DNA of 64,000 nucleotides from an uncultured virus (IMG/VR IMGVR_UViG_3300037961_001397) (Duplodnaviria; Heunggongvirae; Uroviricota; Caudoviricetes): IMG/VR virus record IMGVR_UViG_3300037961_001397; one strand, 5' to 3'. Shown piece by piece: positions 60,801 to 64,000 of this stretch (position 1 is its first letter; each line of letters starts with the position of its first letter). The notes under the pieces were generated by a model. It saw only the letters and a program-made list of their open reading frames with translations, ran no database searches and was not told where the DNA came from. The position numbers and the translations under genes were made by a program.

Positions 60801-63800
60801 TATTCTTTAATGATTGGATTAATAGTAATGCAATAAATGAAATACTGCTTGGTGATCAGGCTGTATCTCTAAAAGATTCTGTTGATCAAGTTAAAAGAGC
60901 TAAGATGCAAAATGCATCATACTATAGTGCATATAGTGCTGTTACTGCTCCTGAACTAGGTGTAACTCATCCAGTAGAAGATATTAGTTTAGTTACATTA
61001 GAAGAGCCTAAGTCTGGTAATATAGATGTTGCAGATGCACAAATGTATATTACTACTAAAGCATTTAGATATATGTTCTTTGGTTTTGGTAAGTTAAGTC
61101 CAGCACAAGCAAAGCTGATAACAGATGTAGAAAATGGTATACCAATTAGCTCTGATAGAATATTTGGTACCGCTGAATCACCTGAAGGTTTAGCTAAAAT
61201 GCAGGCTATGCTTAACTCTAAAAAGCTTGTTTATGGTGATGGTAGTACATTCTTAAAGATGTCTGCTTTTGTGCTTACACCTGACTATACTTCAAACTGG
61301 GATGGTTCTAAATGGGTTGCTAAACCTAATAGAGTAGCACTTCATAATCTAAGAGTAAAGCTTGAGGCAATTGAGGATACAAAAGACACTATAAGTATTG
61401 CAGCTCCATTGAGTGCAATTAAAATGAAAAAGCAACGTATCAATTCTCTTGATGACCTTAAAACAGATAGTCCATTTAGTAATGGTCATACTACACTAGA
61501 TGCAAGATTTATGGGATTACAAGTTCTGAATCCATCTAATAAGTTAGAAATAGTAGATCCTACACAGATAAAAGAAATTGCAACATCAGAGCAAAAAGAT
61601 GATGTGTTTGTTGATGGACTTAATATGACTGTTGGAGAAATCAGACAAGCATATAATGATGCTGTCTCAAGAAGAGTTGTACTAAAATATAAAAACAAAA
61701 GAAATTTAATCTTCAGTTTGGATACCGCTCTTGATGAGTTTAGAGTATCTAAAAAAGAAGGAGCTATTACTCCAAATCTTTCTGCATTCTTAAACTATGC
61801 AGTTGCTGGATTAAAAGCATCACAAGCTAGTAGTAACTTATTAGAGTTCTTTTCTACTACAGATGGTGTTCAAAATTACAATCTTAATAACCCTATTACT
61901 ATTAAGAAGTTTGAGCAGTTGTTTTTTAGTTACTTCAGTAGAGGTGTATTATCTGAAAGAACACCAGGTGTTTCATTAACTCTTGTTTCTGACTTTGGTA
62001 ATAGTGTATATAGAAGAGTATTTGAAATAGATGAGAATGGAGTACCAGTAAGATCAGAAGTTATAAGACAAGATGTTTGGGAAAGAATGGCTAATAAGCC
62101 TGAGCTTTCTAACATAGAAGATCTTACAAATAACAATATACCTAAAGAAGGTGTGGTTGTATTAGATAGATTAAGATCTGGCCTTATGGAGTATGATGCA
62201 CAAGGAAAACCTACAGGGCAAAGATATACTGAGATGATGATGCCAGCTCACCAAAAAGAGGTTATGGACTTAATACAAGATACTGATGCACCTATTCCTG
62301 ATGTAGTAGCTAAAATGTTTGGTGTCAGAATACCATCACAAGATAATCATTCTACAGTAAATATGAAGATGGTTGACTTTTTACCAGTATATTTTGGATC
62401 ATCAGCAATGTTTGCAGAAGAGCTAATAGAAATATCAGGTGCTGACTTTGATATTGATAAAGTATTTGCACAGATAAAAGAGTTCTATGTAAAAGATGAT
62501 CAGTTTATTGAGTATGGTAAAGGTAAAAATGTAAGTGAAAAATATAGTGAGTATGTACAATATGTAAATAACAAAGTAGAACAAAAAGGAACTCAGTACT
62601 CAGAAGCATTAGGTATCTATAATAATAGAGAAGGAGCTGCAAGAATTCAAAACTCAGTTGATGATGTTGAACAAGATATTGCAACTGATGCAGGTTTATC
62701 AGAAAATGCATTAAATGCATTAAAGATTCTTGGCCTACCTATTACACAAAAACAGTATGGGGAGTATGTAGCTAAACATGGAGAGCCATATGAGGCACCT
62801 ATGAATAATGATGTACTTGACTATAGATATGCACTTATGGGCAACCGTGGTGTTACAGAAGGAAGTAATCCTATATCATATCAACCAGCAACAACAGATG
62901 TGCTTACAGATACCCTTGACTTCTTAGCAAGTCAGTCTGAAGTTTTTGCTGAAAGAGTTCAAGAAGACAACGTTGATGTAGATAATTTATCAGGTAAGAT
63001 AAAAGCATTTAGAGCTAACAAGGGTGCTTCTATTGGTGCTATTGTATTACCTAACTTATATTTAAGTTTATTAACTGAGTACAACATTAAACTGAATGAA
63101 AGTATTAGCATTAATGGTAAATCATATAATGACTTTGGTAGAACGCTAGATGATAATGGTCAAAGAAAACAAGATACATTATCAGCACTAATTACTATGG
63201 CAACAGATAATGCAAAAGATAGGCTTGTTGCTAAGCTAGGATTAAATAGACATGCAATGGGTGTTGTTGCTAACTTGACAGCATTAGGTGTACCTATACA
63301 AACTTCTATATTATTAATTAATCATCCAGTCATACAAGATTTATACTCAGAAGCTCTTAATAAAAAAGATAAGCTTGATCCTGGTATGGATACTTTAGTA
63401 AGAAACAAACTTGCAGAGATTAAGAAAGAAGTTAAGGCAGAGCCTGTCAATGATAGATTCTTGTTAGATGTTATAGATAATCCACAGGATGAAAGTGCAG
63501 GAGAACTTAAAGGTGTTCTTTCATTATTTAGCCAAGTATTGAGAATTAAAAATTATACTGGTAAGATGGGAGCTGTTACAAGTTTATCTAAAGGTTTAGG
63601 TAAAAATGTAGCTAGCATAAGAGAAAAATCTACTGATATAAAATCACTATTTGCTCAAGATGCACCTATGGATTTGTCTCCTATATATAAGGGCAAGACT
63701 TGGCAAAATCAATACTTAAAAATATTCTATCAGATTACAGATGATTTATTACCTGCAACATTCTTAACTGCAAGTGCATCTTTTAATAGTATATTATCAA

Positions 63801-64000
63801 GTGTTCTAGACAATATGGATACTAGAGGTATTAGTTTTAATGAAGAGGTAATAGAAAGTATTTCTACAGATCTATTGTCTTACTTAACAATAAAAGCATA
63901 CCAACAAAATCAATTAGAGAATGATCAACAAAGGGTTGCTACACTAAGTAATGATATATTATATCCAACAGATTATGAATCTATAAATGATATAATAAAT
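51871..64000 (+). CDS. Giant virion-associated two-barrel RNA polymerase (crAss-like), with zincin-like domain; interrupted by three N-gaps and 3' partial
   Basis: Segments 51871-52418, 52429-54897, 54910-56017 and 56093-64000 each read open. The last segment has HEAFH (58055), EEYMAD (58253), DAQMY (~61034), RIPSQ (62327), GADFDIDK (62438-62461) and ATDNAK (63200) in one frame. Joining the segments across gaps is inferred. Confidence 0.85.

Noticed and set aside
3769..62720. Minus-strand ORFs and short alternate-frame plus-strand ORFs in the track
   Set aside because: They lie inside or largely overlap well-supported plus-strand genes and look like antisense or off-frame shadows without motifs.
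1..64000. Stop-codon reassignment (TAG or TGA), known in some Crassvirales
   Set aside because: Multi-kb genes read open in the standard code. TAG ends genes directly before the next start (e.g. 9185-9187, 2166-2168), and TGA occurs in ATGA overlaps.

Overview
This AT-rich window is almost entirely + strand coding and holds the virion (late) gene block of a crAss-like phage (Crassvirales), most likely infecting an environmental or marine Bacteroidota/Flavobacteriia host. The host call rests on TAnnTTTG promoter elements and A-rich starts without Shine-Dalgarno sites. Gene order: partial tail fibre; small genes including an endolysin, an HU/IHF-like protein, a PD-(D/E)XK nuclease, a VapA-like beta-barrel protein, a missed C2H2 zinc-finger mini-ORF and GroES; terminase large subunit, portal, scaffold-like protein and major capsid protein; ring and auxiliary capsid proteins; tail fibres with repeats; Cys-rich FN3/vWA proteins; a metallophosphoesterase; tail tubular and muzzle proteins; cargo proteins; and a giant virion RNA polymerase (DFDID motif) that is absent from the ORF track and runs off the right end. 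Four N-gaps break two genes artificially. The most notable observations are the VapA-like gene, the modular cargo proteins whose domains are delimited by a recurring K/M-A-Q/K-x-G-(G) linker, the classical C2H2 finger ORF coupled to groES-terL, and a recurring intergenic TTTGTATATTAT motif. All family assignments come from motif recognition and gene order; no searches were run.
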